Below, in pieces: positions 17,301 to 24,307 of a stretch of DNA of 37,014 bases; position 1 is the stretch's first letter; each line of letters begins with the position of its first letter. The notes under the pieces are model-generated. The model was not told the DNA's origin. It saw only the letters and a program-made list of their open reading frames with translations, and made no database searches. This DNA is from Gammaproteobacteria bacterium. GTDB taxonomy: Bacteria; Pseudomonadota; Gammaproteobacteria; UBA1113. The stretch is from the NCBI GenBank assembly GCA_044369355.1, contig JBIPMB010000001.1, positions 1 through 37,014 of the forward strand. The letters are read 5' to 3'. A program made the position numbers and the translations under genes.

Positions 17301-17782
17301 TGGCTGCAATCCGTGGTGATCTTAAACTTGTGAAACTGCTATTAGAAAACGACGCGGATCCTGCTATAGCGAATGATGCTGGAAAGAAATTTCATCAACT
17401 ACAACAGGCTAATGGAGACACAGTACTGCATTTGGCTGCACGTCGTGGTGATCTTAAGTTTGTACAACTGCTATTAGAAAAGGGCGCGGATCCTACTATA
17501 GCGAATAATGATAGAAGAAAATTTCATGAACTAAAACAGGCTAATGGCGGTACAGCGCTAAGTTTGGCGATGTCTAAACACATTGATGATGTTAAGTTGA
17601 TAAGTACTTTGATGCGAAATGGTGCTAAGCTTGATGTAAAAGATGGTAAACAGAGTGCTGAGAGAAAGGAATTATCTTTTGCCACACGGCTATATAGATT
17701 CTTTAGTTCTTCTTCAGAAAAGGAAGTAGTTCCCGCCGCACTTATCAGCAGACGTTTTGTCAAGCTCCCCCCCGCCGCTTAA
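14327..17782 (+). CDS. Kinase-fold / ankyrin-repeat protein (~1151 aa), candidate eukaryote-targeting effector
   Basis: The N-terminal third carries ordered kinase landmarks (LGEGNDSAVY, LAIKIE, RINLNQSNFLV, DFV, APE). The rest is about 20 ANK repeats (xTPLHLAAxxGxxxxVxLLLxxGAxxN). I prefer the ATG at 14327 (GAAGG 7 nt upstream) over the GTG at 14312. Confidence 0.85.
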   Translation: MSAKLPTVKVDEKTYSLLIVKTGSTPKQRYFLLDEKLGEGNDSAVYVAYEATKRGVGKFRYELNEKAAKPLAIKIEKNYSSKDRPQIMKQREVESKIPPNPNTDIYPIGDHGIAKVRLKVPGKPLNDLINTKEFKKLTLSQRLELAKTYAEFHQKQGEQGRKYNNDKMGANRINLNQSNFLVDIRYAAGDKKHEHPIFECNKIDFVDLSVRTPLTTAPECMHGEEIGCPLDNALEMETYSLTAMIALILGETDVFKDKKNNEDVKGKFNLDNMQKYLEKESKESKFEIEIKAVIDMVQSMQNDNPALRPSAPAIVKVLDRAQLAVLGKEHDESDDAKDIEKFFAAIKAGDLEYINENSNPNMLAQLDIEGLTPLGVAIKHGQNEIAKKLFEQYNSEEKKAAVRQTDSNGRTLLHLAILAKNAVLVNSLLENGAEANKKDADNRTPLHCALSMRCGLEIVKDLLDKRADVEEKDNHGRYPEEMAIANKCDVAIVKLLLERTATYKDYEKDIKLRIKLLFLAIKSGSKELVEYFLNGDIIKKQHLFLVSPLHFAASVGHVEVAEFLITKGFSPVLPDREGNTPLHYAAMKGQLEMAILLLVKGANLGHQTNAANQKFHEVTDSKGNTLLHIAIREGNVGFAKKLIASGANVNTKDGKGFTPLHLAIIKGDIRLVELLIASGANVNAKNSEGMTPLHLAASYRKLELVQLLLQKNPNLNIEDKNGQKFHEVTDSKGNTLLHIAIDEGKIDLAKMLIGIGANVNVTNSEGKTPLYLAISNRELGLIQLLLEQGADPNREYGRDKKKFHEITDSDENTLLHIAIDEGKANLAKRLIDMGANVNAQNKQGQTPLHLAAIYGELGPIQLLLRHNADTELKDGSGRKFHEVTDSKRNTLLHIAIHEGKIDLAKKLIEMGADLDAQNSHRETPLHLAAIHDGLWLVQLLERNGNPELKDDNKNTLLHIAIHKGQIDLARKLIKIGTDVNAQNSQGNTPLHLAAIRGDLKLVKLLLENDADPAIANDAGKKFHQLQQANGDTVLHLAARRGDLKFVQLLLEKGADPTIANNDRRKFHELKQANGGTALSLAMSKHIDDVKLISTLMRNGAKLDVKDGKQSAERKELSFATRLYRFFSSSSEKEVVPAALISRRFVKLPPAA
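16163..17560 (+). repeat. Intragenic tandem modules encoding 2-3 ANK repeats each
   Basis: The 24-mer AATACTTTACTACATATCGCTATT occurs exactly five times, starting at 16196, 16526, 16760, 16991 and 17186. The 68 nt at 16163 and 16493 differ at only 3 positions. Confidence 0.9.
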
Positions 17783-17802
17783 GAAAATGAGGTCGAAAGT
17801 CC

Positions 17803-17827
17803 AGGCTGCTTTATCTCAAAGCAGCCT
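17803..17827. terminator. Hairpin between convergent genes (possible bidirectional terminator)
   Basis: AGGCTGCTTT / AAAGCAGCCT form a 10-bp perfect stem with a 5-nt loop. It touches the stop codon of the minus-strand gene. There is no clear U-tract. Confidence 0.55.
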
Positions 17828-18240
17828 TAAGCCACTGCAAGATGGAAAGTAGCACCCGTAAAAGGGTCTAAGTTAGTCTTCTGGCCGTTAAAGTGACATG
17901 AACTACTGCTGGTGCTGGTGATGGATATCTTCAAAGCTGAACTGACCTTAGCTGTAAAAGAGCAGACCTGGGTGTTGTTTGAAAAAACATTAAAATTCAT
18001 GGCGATACCGCTTAAGTCTTGTGCGTTGGCAAAAAGCGGTAAGTGCCCGGAAATATGTGTGTTATTATTGCTTTGTGTAACCGTTACAAAAGAAGGCAGC
18101 GATTGGCTAGGCACAATCTTAATAGCTGCAGGCTTGCTGGTGCTGGTTAAGAAAGTAACACTAGGATCACTACCATTGTCGGCTAAAGCCGTAGCACATA
18201 AAGCAGTTAAAGCCAGTAAACCCATTAAACGTTTAGACAT
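17827..18240 (-). CDS. Small secreted protein of unknown function (137 aa)
   Basis: The N-terminus MSKRLMGLLALTALCATALA/DN looks like a Sec signal peptide. The mature part is Ser/Thr/Asn-rich. Confidence 0.6.
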   Translation of the reverse strand: MSKRLMGLLALTALCATALADNGSDPSVTFLTSTSKPAAIKIVPSQSLPSFVTVTQSNNNTHISGHLPLFANAQDLSGIAMNFNVFSNNTQVCSFTAKVSSALKISITSTSSSSCHFNGQKTNLDPFTGATFHLAVA

Positions 18241-18401
18241 TGCAAGACCTCATAAGTTAGTTAAGCAGCAAAAGTGTACATATTTTAACCTACAATGAGG
18301 TGCAAAAGCAAGTCTTTTTGTCCTTTTATTGAGCATTATTTTATTTTTGTACATAAATCAATGAGTTAACCTTAATTAAAATGGCAATAAATCCAATTTA
18401 C

Positions 18402-18430
18402 TTGACTTTAAGACCTATCTACCTTAATGT
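18402..18430 (+). promoter_or_regulatory. Sigma70-like promoter for the DUF47-PiT pair
   Basis: TTGACT, 17-nt spacer, TAATGT, about 37 nt upstream of the GTG start. Motif match only. Confidence 0.4.
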
Positions 18431-18467
18431 TCACCCTGAATAATCTGGCCCTATAGGAGATGTCGTA

Positions 18468-19109
18468 GTGTCTTTAGAACAATGGCTTAAAAAATTACTG
18501 CCCAAGCAGGAGCGGTTTTTTGCTATTTTGAGCGAGCAAGTCCGTGTTTTGCGGCGTATGACCCAATATCTGCAAAAATTCTCCGAACCAGGCTCTGTGA
18601 ATAATGAAGAATTTTATATTCATTGCCATGAAATAGAACAGCAAGGGGATGAATTGGTTAAAGAAATGGCCGGAACTCTGGCCAAAACCTTTGTGACACC
18701 CCTAGATAGAGAAGACCTATATCATTTATCAGTGTTGACCGAAAATGCGCTGGATGCGTGTGATGAAGCGGCGCGACAATTTAAATTATTACCTGCAAAA
18801 GAAAAACATGACAATATTACGGTGTTTTTAAATGTACTAGATGAAACGGCGCAATATTTAGTGGGCAGCATGGATGCCTTGGCCAGTAGAAAATTTTCTG
18901 TTATCGTTACCAACGACGAACAAGTCAAGCGTTTAGAAAAAACAGCCGATGGCTATTATCGCGAGCAAATTACTGAGTTATTCAATAATTGTCACGACAT
19001 GAAATTGTTGTTTATTGAAAAAGAAATTATTGAAAAGTTGGAAGAAGCCAGCGATCAAATGGCACACTTAAGTACCTTTTTAACGAATTTAGCGGTTAAG
19101 CATGGTTAG
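18468..19109 (+). CDS. DUF47 (PhoU-like) family protein, partner of the PiT transporter
   Basis: Its size, helical character and 8-nt overlap with the downstream PiT gene match the conserved DUF47/PiT gene pair. It uses a GTG start. Confidence 0.8.
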   Translation: MSLEQWLKKLLPKQERFFAILSEQVRVLRRMTQYLQKFSEPGSVNNEEFYIHCHEIEQQGDELVKEMAGTLAKTFVTPLDREDLYHLSVLTENALDACDEAARQFKLLPAKEKHDNITVFLNVLDETAQYLVGSMDALASRKFSVIVTNDEQVKRLEKTADGYYREQITELFNNCHDMKLLFIEKEIIEKLEEASDQMAHLSTFLTNLAVKHG

Positions 19110-20121
19110 TGTTTTATTTTTTGTTATTGCCGCAGCGCTGATTTTTGATTTTATCAATGGCTTTCATGATACAGCCAATGCTATCGCCACGGTTGTATCC
19201 ACGCAAGTATTAAGCTTGCGCCGCGCGGTAATGATGGCGTCATTCTTTAATTTTGTAGGTGCTTTATCGGGAACGGCCGTAGCAACCTTAATTGCCACTG
19301 GGCTTGCCGATCCCGCTGCTGTCACACAGCTTGTGATTTTGTGTGCGTTGTTGGCGGCATGTTTGTGGAATTTAATTACTTGGCGTTTAGGGTTACCTTC
19401 CAGTTCTTCACACGCTTTAATCGGCGCCTTAGCGGGCGCAGTCGTAGCGCACGCAGGATGGGCCGCTTTTTACTGGCATACTCTGTATAAAAAAGTATTG
19501 TTGCCTTTAGTATTATCACCCACGCTAGGCTTTGTATTAGGTTTCTTACTGATGGTGATTCTTTTATGGTTGTTTTTGCCCTTTAGTGCACGTGTAGGCA
19601 CGACAGTTTCCAAACGGTTGCAATTGTTATCTTCTGCGGCCATGGCTTTTTCACATGGTTCCAACGATGCACAAAAATCCATGGGTATTATTGCTTTGGC
19701 CTTGGCTATATTTAGTCAGACACATTATTTACCGGCGTGGCTTATTGCACCTGAGCACATTATTCCCAAGGCAGTTATCATTGCTTGTGCTACCGCCATG
19801 GCTTTGGGTACTTTAGCGGGTGGCAAGCGTATCATTAAAACAATGGGGCAGCGCATTATTAAAATTACCCCGTTGCAAGGCGTTGCTGCCGAAACTTCTG
19901 CCGCTATTACTATTTTTGGCGCTAGTCTATTGGGGATCCCGGTTTCCACTACGCATTGTATTAATGCCAGTATTATGGGTGTAGGCGCAACTAAGCGTTT
20001 ATCGGCAGTGCGTTGGGGTGTGGCTGGAAATATAGTCGTTGCGTGGATCTTAACTCTGCCGTGCAGTGCACTATTGGCATTTTTGCTCTATAAATTGGTA
20101 GAACACGTACTATCAACATAG
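19102..20121 (+). CDS. PiT-family inorganic phosphate transporter
   Basis: The signature FDFINGFHDTANAIATVVST is present and repeated in the second half (SHGSNDAQKSMGII). It is a polytopic membrane protein. Confidence 0.93.
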   Translation: MVSVLFFVIAAALIFDFINGFHDTANAIATVVSTQVLSLRRAVMMASFFNFVGALSGTAVATLIATGLADPAAVTQLVILCALLAACLWNLITWRLGLPSSSSHALIGALAGAVVAHAGWAAFYWHTLYKKVLLPLVLSPTLGFVLGFLLMVILLWLFLPFSARVGTTVSKRLQLLSSAAMAFSHGSNDAQKSMGIIALALAIFSQTHYLPAWLIAPEHIIPKAVIIACATAMALGTLAGGKRIIKTMGQRIIKITPLQGVAAETSAAITIFGASLLGIPVSTTHCINASIMGVGATKRLSAVRWGVAGNIVVAWILTLPCSALLAFLLYKLVEHVLST

Positions 20122-20124
20122 GGA

Positions 20125-20289
20125 ATGGTACACGCAAACACTCCTTGTGGTATTCTGCTCCCCAGTTTAGGCATAATATTTTGTATTTACTTAATGATAA
20201 GTTTACCCTGGATTACTTGGATGCGATTTATAGTTTGGTTTGTACTGGGTTTAATTTTCTATTGGGTGAATGTTTCCCGTAGAAAGTAA
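20125..20289 (+). pseudogene. C-terminal remnant of an APC-family amino-acid permease (54 codons)
   Basis: The translation MVHANTPCGILLPSLGIIFCIYLMISLPWITWMRFIVWFVLGLIFYWVNVSRRK resembles the last two TM helices of cationic amino-acid permeases (...P..P.L.I..C.YLM..L...TW.RF..W...G..IY). No upstream part is present. Confidence 0.5.
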
Positions 20290-20293
20290 GTCA

Positions 20294-21466
20294 CTAATCT
20301 ACCACTGCCTGCTGAAAACAACGTAATGCTTCTTCTTTGTCGCCTAATTGTAAGGATAATGCGCCTAATACCGCGTAGGTTTTCGGCAAAGGGCGCACTT
20401 GTAAGCTATGGGTTAAATAACTGCTGGCTTGCGATAACGCGCCGTCGGCCATAGCCAGTTGCCCTAAGCACAATAAAATATGCGGTTCCTGGCCTTGTTG
20501 TTTCAATAAAGACAAAGCAAAATCGATTTGTTTATTGAGGCGTTGGCTGTGAATTTGACCGTAGAGTGCAATTAGCTCCGGATCAAACTGTGCTTTTAAA
20601 GTATCGCGTACCAATTCTTCAGCCAGATCGGGCATATGGCTGTCCAATAAAAAATGAGCGCAGGGCAAGACCCATTCTTTACGGCGTTGTAAAGGCTTAG
20701 GTAATTTTTGCCAGTAGAGTTCAATCTTTTGTTGATCTCCTTGTTTTAATTGCAACAATAATAATTCTAAATACGCTTTTTCGCTTAACTGCTGCAGCTG
20801 CGCGCTATCTATTATTTTTTGTTTTTTCAATAAGGGTAATAGATCTAATAGATGAGACCAATCAGCCAAGCGATAATAAACTTGTTTGAGTAGCTTTAAC
20901 ATATATTTATGTTGCGGTGCTTCTTGCTGAACATGGCGCAAGGTGGCTAGACAATGCTCCCATTGTTCATCGTGATATTGCAATTCAGCTTGCGTTAAGC
21001 CCACAGCAATTTTAGCCCCGGGGGTGGAATCCAGCGCGTAATGTAAGTATTGATCGCGTCTGTCATAAGCTTCTAAGGCTTGCGCCGCTTTAGCTGCTGC
21101 TAAATAATTGACTAAAGGTATTTCATTGAACTTTACCGATTTTATCAACAAACTTTCTGCCTTATCCCAATCGCCTTCGGCCAATGCCAATAAGCCTTGC
21201 AAGGTATGACGATGACTGCTTTCATAACGGTGTTCATGGCGCCATTTTTTAAAAACACGTAATATTAAACCAGGGCCATTTAACAAACGCAGTAAAATAT
21301 ATAAAGCAATGAAGGCCGCGATAACGGCAGTAATGCCAAACCACAACGGCATTTCAATAGACCAATGCCCGTAGGTGATGGCCATATAGCCGGGTGCGGC
21401 GCTGAGCATCAACGCGCTCCAGGCTAGGAATAAAACGATAACTATAGAGCTTAACCAACGTAACAT
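20294..21466 (-). CDS. hemY: HemY-type heme-biosynthesis-associated TPR membrane protein
   Basis: It has two N-terminal TM segments followed by TPR-like repeats, and follows hemD and hemX. Confidence 0.85.
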   Translation of the reverse strand: MLRWLSSIVIVLFLAWSALMLSAAPGYMAITYGHWSIEMPLWFGITAVIAAFIALYILLRLLNGPGLILRVFKKWRHEHRYESSHRHTLQGLLALAEGDWDKAESLLIKSVKFNEIPLVNYLAAAKAAQALEAYDRRDQYLHYALDSTPGAKIAVGLTQAELQYHDEQWEHCLATLRHVQQEAPQHKYMLKLLKQVYYRLADWSHLLDLLPLLKKQKIIDSAQLQQLSEKAYLELLLLQLKQGDQQKIELYWQKLPKPLQRRKEWVLPCAHFLLDSHMPDLAEELVRDTLKAQFDPELIALYGQIHSQRLNKQIDFALSLLKQQGQEPHILLCLGQLAMADGALSQASSYLTHSLQVRPLPKTYAVLGALSLQLGDKEEALRCFQQAVVD

Positions 21467-21481
21467 GAAATACTTCCTTTT

Positions 21482-22483
21482 TTATTTGCCATTGCTGAGC
21501 AACGCTTGCTGAATGCGATTGATGAGCGGCGATAACTCAGGGAAATTGGGCTGCAAATTAGTATTTTCTAATAGTTTTAATTGTTGCAGAATGTTTTGTG
21601 CCGTAGCATTATTGGTATCGTAATGTGCATGTAACCAGCGCTCAGCATCTTGAATGCTACTTTGAAACAATGCTGTGTTGTGTGCTATGGCTGCCCATTG
21701 TGCTTGAGCTAGGTATAAGGACAGACGAGCATTGAGATAAGCGCGTTCATCGGGAGTAATAAAATGTGGGGCTTCGGCGCCATAATGTTTGACCGTAATA
21801 ACTTTTTGTAACCCTTGCCAGGCATTATTCCCTAATTTATTCCAAAAAGAACGCTGTGTATCTTGTGTTTTAGCATTATCTTTAGGTTCAGTTTGTGTTA
21901 AAGGTAAAGCATTAATGGTGTCTTGCACTGCTGATAATTGGCTGACAATTTTCGCAATGTTTAATGCCGGCACGGTCTTTAAGGTAGCCAGCGTTTGTTG
22001 CAATGAACCGTCTAAGGCTTGTAATTCGGCATCCGTACTTTGTGTGAGCTCATTGTGCGCTGCTTGTAAATAAATAGAAGCTTTGTTGGCATCAAATTGA
22101 TATAATAGTGCATCTTGTGCCAATTGCGCTAGATAGAGTACGTGCGCTAAGGGCAGGGCAGATAATTGTGCGTGTAACGTAGTCACTTGGGTTTGTAATT
22201 GTGTCAAGGCTTGCTGATTATTTTTATTGTCAGCTGTTAAATTTTGTATAGTTCCATTTAGAGCTGTGATGGATTTTTTATTTTGTTTTAGAGTATGTTG
22301 CATACCCGATAGTTCTTGTGCGCTGGCAGAGAAAGAAGCTTGCCAGGCACTGGCGTGATAGTAAAAATAAATGGCCACACTAAGAGATAAGCCTAGCGCA
22401 ATCAATCCTACGAGCAGCGTGAGCCATATCCAGGGGGCGGTGCGTTTGTTTGCAATGGGAGTTGTTGCGGGTGTATCAGTCAT
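21482..22483 (-). CDS. hemX: HemX-type membrane protein (uroporphyrinogen-III methyltransferase-like)
   Basis: It has a single N-terminal TM segment and a Gln/Leu/Ala-rich coiled region, and sits in the hemD-hemX-hemY order. Confidence 0.8.
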   Translation of the reverse strand: MTDTPATTPIANKRTAPWIWLTLLVGLIALGLSLSVAIYFYYHASAWQASFSASAQELSGMQHTLKQNKKSITALNGTIQNLTADNKNNQQALTQLQTQVTTLHAQLSALPLAHVLYLAQLAQDALLYQFDANKASIYLQAAHNELTQSTDAELQALDGSLQQTLATLKTVPALNIAKIVSQLSAVQDTINALPLTQTEPKDNAKTQDTQRSFWNKLGNNAWQGLQKVITVKHYGAEAPHFITPDERAYLNARLSLYLAQAQWAAIAHNTALFQSSIQDAERWLHAHYDTNNATAQNILQQLKLLENTNLQPNFPELSPLINRIQQALLSNGK

Positions 22484-22510
22484 AAAATCTCATCCTAATT
22501 AATCATTCAA

Positions 22511-22635
22511 CATACTCTTCGGCCAATGAAGATGCGAGAATGTGCGTAGGGGCAGGCCTCCGTGCCTGTCCTAAAGGGGCAACCACAGGGGGTTGCCCCT
22601 ACGCACCGAGCCGCATCTTGAAGTGCTTGAGTATG
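22511..22635. mobile_element. 125-bp palindromic MITE-like element at the hemD/hemX junction
   Basis: Its ends CATACTCTTCGGCCAATGAAGATGCGAGA and CGCATCTTGAAGTGCTTGAGTATG match the ends of the 2894..4440 element. The internal inverted repeat GTGCGTAGGGGCA / TGCCCCTACGCAC is 13 bp and perfect. Confidence 0.75.
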
Positions 22636-23372
22636 GCCTCGTCGCTGGCGTTATCTGCCACAGTAATGCTTCCTTTATGGCCCAATTTGCGCGCTAATGA
22701 GCACATTTTATCACTAATGAGCAAGAGATGACAGTCGCGCCAATCGGGTTTGTTCATTGGTTGTGCAAAATGTAATAAAAGCGCTAAATTTTGCAACCCC
22801 TCACTACTGGTGACGATGAATAAGCTGCTTTTGGGAGTATGTATCTGTTTTTCTAAGTCTAGGGAGGGCGTAGGGCAGTGACGTTCATAGCAATCAAAAA
22901 TTGTAACTATGGCGCCTTGTTGTTGTAAACTGGGCGCTAATAAGCCGCGGCCGCCTTTACCCTTAAAAATAGCGATTTTTTGTCCTTTTACATTTTTTAA
23001 AACTGCCAAATTCAATAAACCCTCGCTGGAATACTCTTTTTCGGGTGTGATTATATTATGAAAGCCATAGTGTATCAGCGCTTTTGCCGTTCCAGGGCCT
23101 TGCGCGACGAATTGTGTAGTAGGCCAAATTTTTGGACTTAATGCACATAATTTCATGGCGTGATGCACGGCGGTAGGGCTGACAAACAAGGCGCTATTAA
23201 AAAGTGTATTTCTAAAATTGTGAAAATAAGGGATCACGTCAGAATTTTCTGCAATTTCTAATGTAGGAAAGAGTAAGGGTTGAAAGCCCAATGTTTGTAA
23301 ACGCTGTAGCAACGATGAGGCCGTGGTAATAGGTTTAGTAATGACTATATGTTCGATGTGATTGACATTCAT
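22599..23372 (-). CDS. hemD: Uroporphyrinogen-III synthase
   Basis: Its size and position upstream of hemX-hemY fit HemD, and the fold pattern is HemD-like. The last 11 codons and the stop lie inside the 125-bp element. Confidence 0.85.
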   Translation of the reverse strand: MNVNHIEHIVITKPITTASSLLQRLQTLGFQPLLFPTLEIAENSDVIPYFHNFRNTLFNSALFVSPTAVHHAMKLCALSPKIWPTTQFVAQGPGTAKALIHYGFHNIITPEKEYSSEGLLNLAVLKNVKGQKIAIFKGKGGRGLLAPSLQQQGAIVTIFDCYERHCPTPSLDLEKQIHTPKSSLFIVTSSEGLQNLALLLHFAQPMNKPDWRDCHLLLISDKMCSLARKLGHKGSITVADNASDEAILKHFKMRLGA

Positions 23373-23458
23373 CGGGCTAGAAACTCATTTTTAAAATGAT
23401 AATATCATTAATATACCATATTTTTTATAAAAATATCGTGAACAATAGGCGATTTCGC

Positions 23459-23487
23459 TTGCAAAGCATTAATAACTATTGCACAAT
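23459..23487 (+). promoter_or_regulatory. Possible sigma70 promoter of the histone-like gene
   Basis: TTGCAA, 17-nt spacer, CACAAT. Motif match only, and the -10 is weak. Confidence 0.3.
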
Positions 23488-23497
23488 ACATCTTCTT

Positions 23498-23522
23498 TTT
23501 ACAATAGTGTGACTATTGTAAA
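23498..23522. promoter_or_regulatory. Perfect 11-bp inverted repeat (candidate operator)
   Basis: TTTACAATAGT gtg ACTATTGTAAA lies between the putative -10 and the RBS of the histone-like gene. Confidence 0.4.
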
Positions 23523-23561
23523 GTATTTTAAAACTGTTTTTTTAATTTTGGAGAAGATATC

Positions 23562-24161
23562 ATGCCAAAGAAAGCAACGAAGCATGCCGCTCATAGTGGT
23601 ATTCACAGTTTGCAAAGCGAATGCAAAGCTATTTTGCAAAAATTAACTGCAGCGCATCAAGATTGGGTGAAAAGCACCGAGAAAGCGGCTGCTAAAATCA
23701 AAGCACAATGGGCCAAAGCGGATCAAATAGTGAAAAAAGCTAAAGCTCAAAAGGCAGCTCTCAAGGGTAAAGGCGCTGGTAAAAAAACGGCTACGCACAA
23801 AAAGCAAGCCGATAAAGTAACAATGGCTTTTGTTCAAGCTAAAACCTTAGCACAAAGCTTAAAGAAAGAATTATCTGCTGTATTGCCAGAATTGAAGACA
23901 GCAAAAGCGGCATTAAAACGCCATATAGCAGTAGAAAAAGTGGCAGCTAAAAAAATAGTTGCAGCTAAAGTCAAAGCAGCTCCAGCTAAGGCCAAGAAAG
24001 CAGCCCCAGCTAAGGCCAAGAAAGCAGCTCCAGCTAAGGCCAAGAAAGCAGCTCCAGCTAAGGCCAAGAAAGCAGCTCCAGCTAAGGCCAAGAAAGCTGC
24101 AGGCAAAAGCACACGTGGCCATAAGGCAAAGCCGGTAGTGGTGGCTGCGGAACAAGCCTAG
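23562..24161 (+). CDS. Lys/Ala-rich histone-H1-like / AlgP-like basic protein (199 aa)
   Basis: The whole sequence is Lys/Ala-rich and the C-terminus carries (AAPAKAKK)x5. A GGAGAAG RBS is present. Confidence 0.8.
   Translation: MPKKATKHAAHSGIHSLQSECKAILQKLTAAHQDWVKSTEKAAAKIKAQWAKADQIVKKAKAQKAALKGKGAGKKTATHKKQADKVTMAFVQAKTLAQSLKKELSAVLPELKTAKAALKRHIAVEKVAAKKIVAAKVKAAPAKAKKAAPAKAKKAAPAKAKKAAPAKAKKAAPAKAKKAAGKSTRGHKAKPVVVAAEQA
23977..24096 (+). repeat. Five tandem 24-bp coding repeats
   Basis: GCAGCTCCAGCTAAGGCCAAGAAA is repeated five times with a single substitution, in unit 2. Confidence 0.95.
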
Positions 24162-24173
24162 AGATTGTCAGTT

Positions 24174-24290
24174 CGCTTGTAGGGGCGGCTCGCGAGCCGC
24201 CCAGAATCAACGCGTATGACCATGGATTTGCGTGTAGTCATTGTCATGTGCTGTGTTAGCAGGGCGCCTCGCGAGGCGCCCCTACAAGCG
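24174..24290. repeat. 117-bp element bounded by inverted GTAGGGGC-type hairpin units
   Basis: CGCTTGTAGGGGCGGCTCGCGAGCCGCCC sits at the left and its near-exact reverse complement at the right. Each end contains a perfect GC palindrome. Confidence 0.8.
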
Positions 24291-24307
24291 AGCACCCGTT
24301 TACATCC

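Noticed and set aside
17767-17773. A C7 homopolymer near the 3' end of the kinase-ANK gene, considered as a contingency locus.
   Set aside because: It affects only the last four codons (LPPAA-stop), so slippage would have negligible consequence.
23977-24096. Regularly spaced identical repeats, considered as a CRISPR array; the ANK-gene repeats at 16163..17560 were considered likewise.
   Set aside because: The units are contiguous with no spacers, lie in frame inside clear ORFs, and encode AAPAKAKK or ANK modules. No cas genes are nearby.
23834-24155. Two antisense ORFs (92 and 80 aa) with striking repeats (FLALAGAA..., FLGLSWSC...).
   Set aside because: They are mirror images of the five 24-bp coding repeats of the plus-strand histone-like gene. 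They have no independent support.
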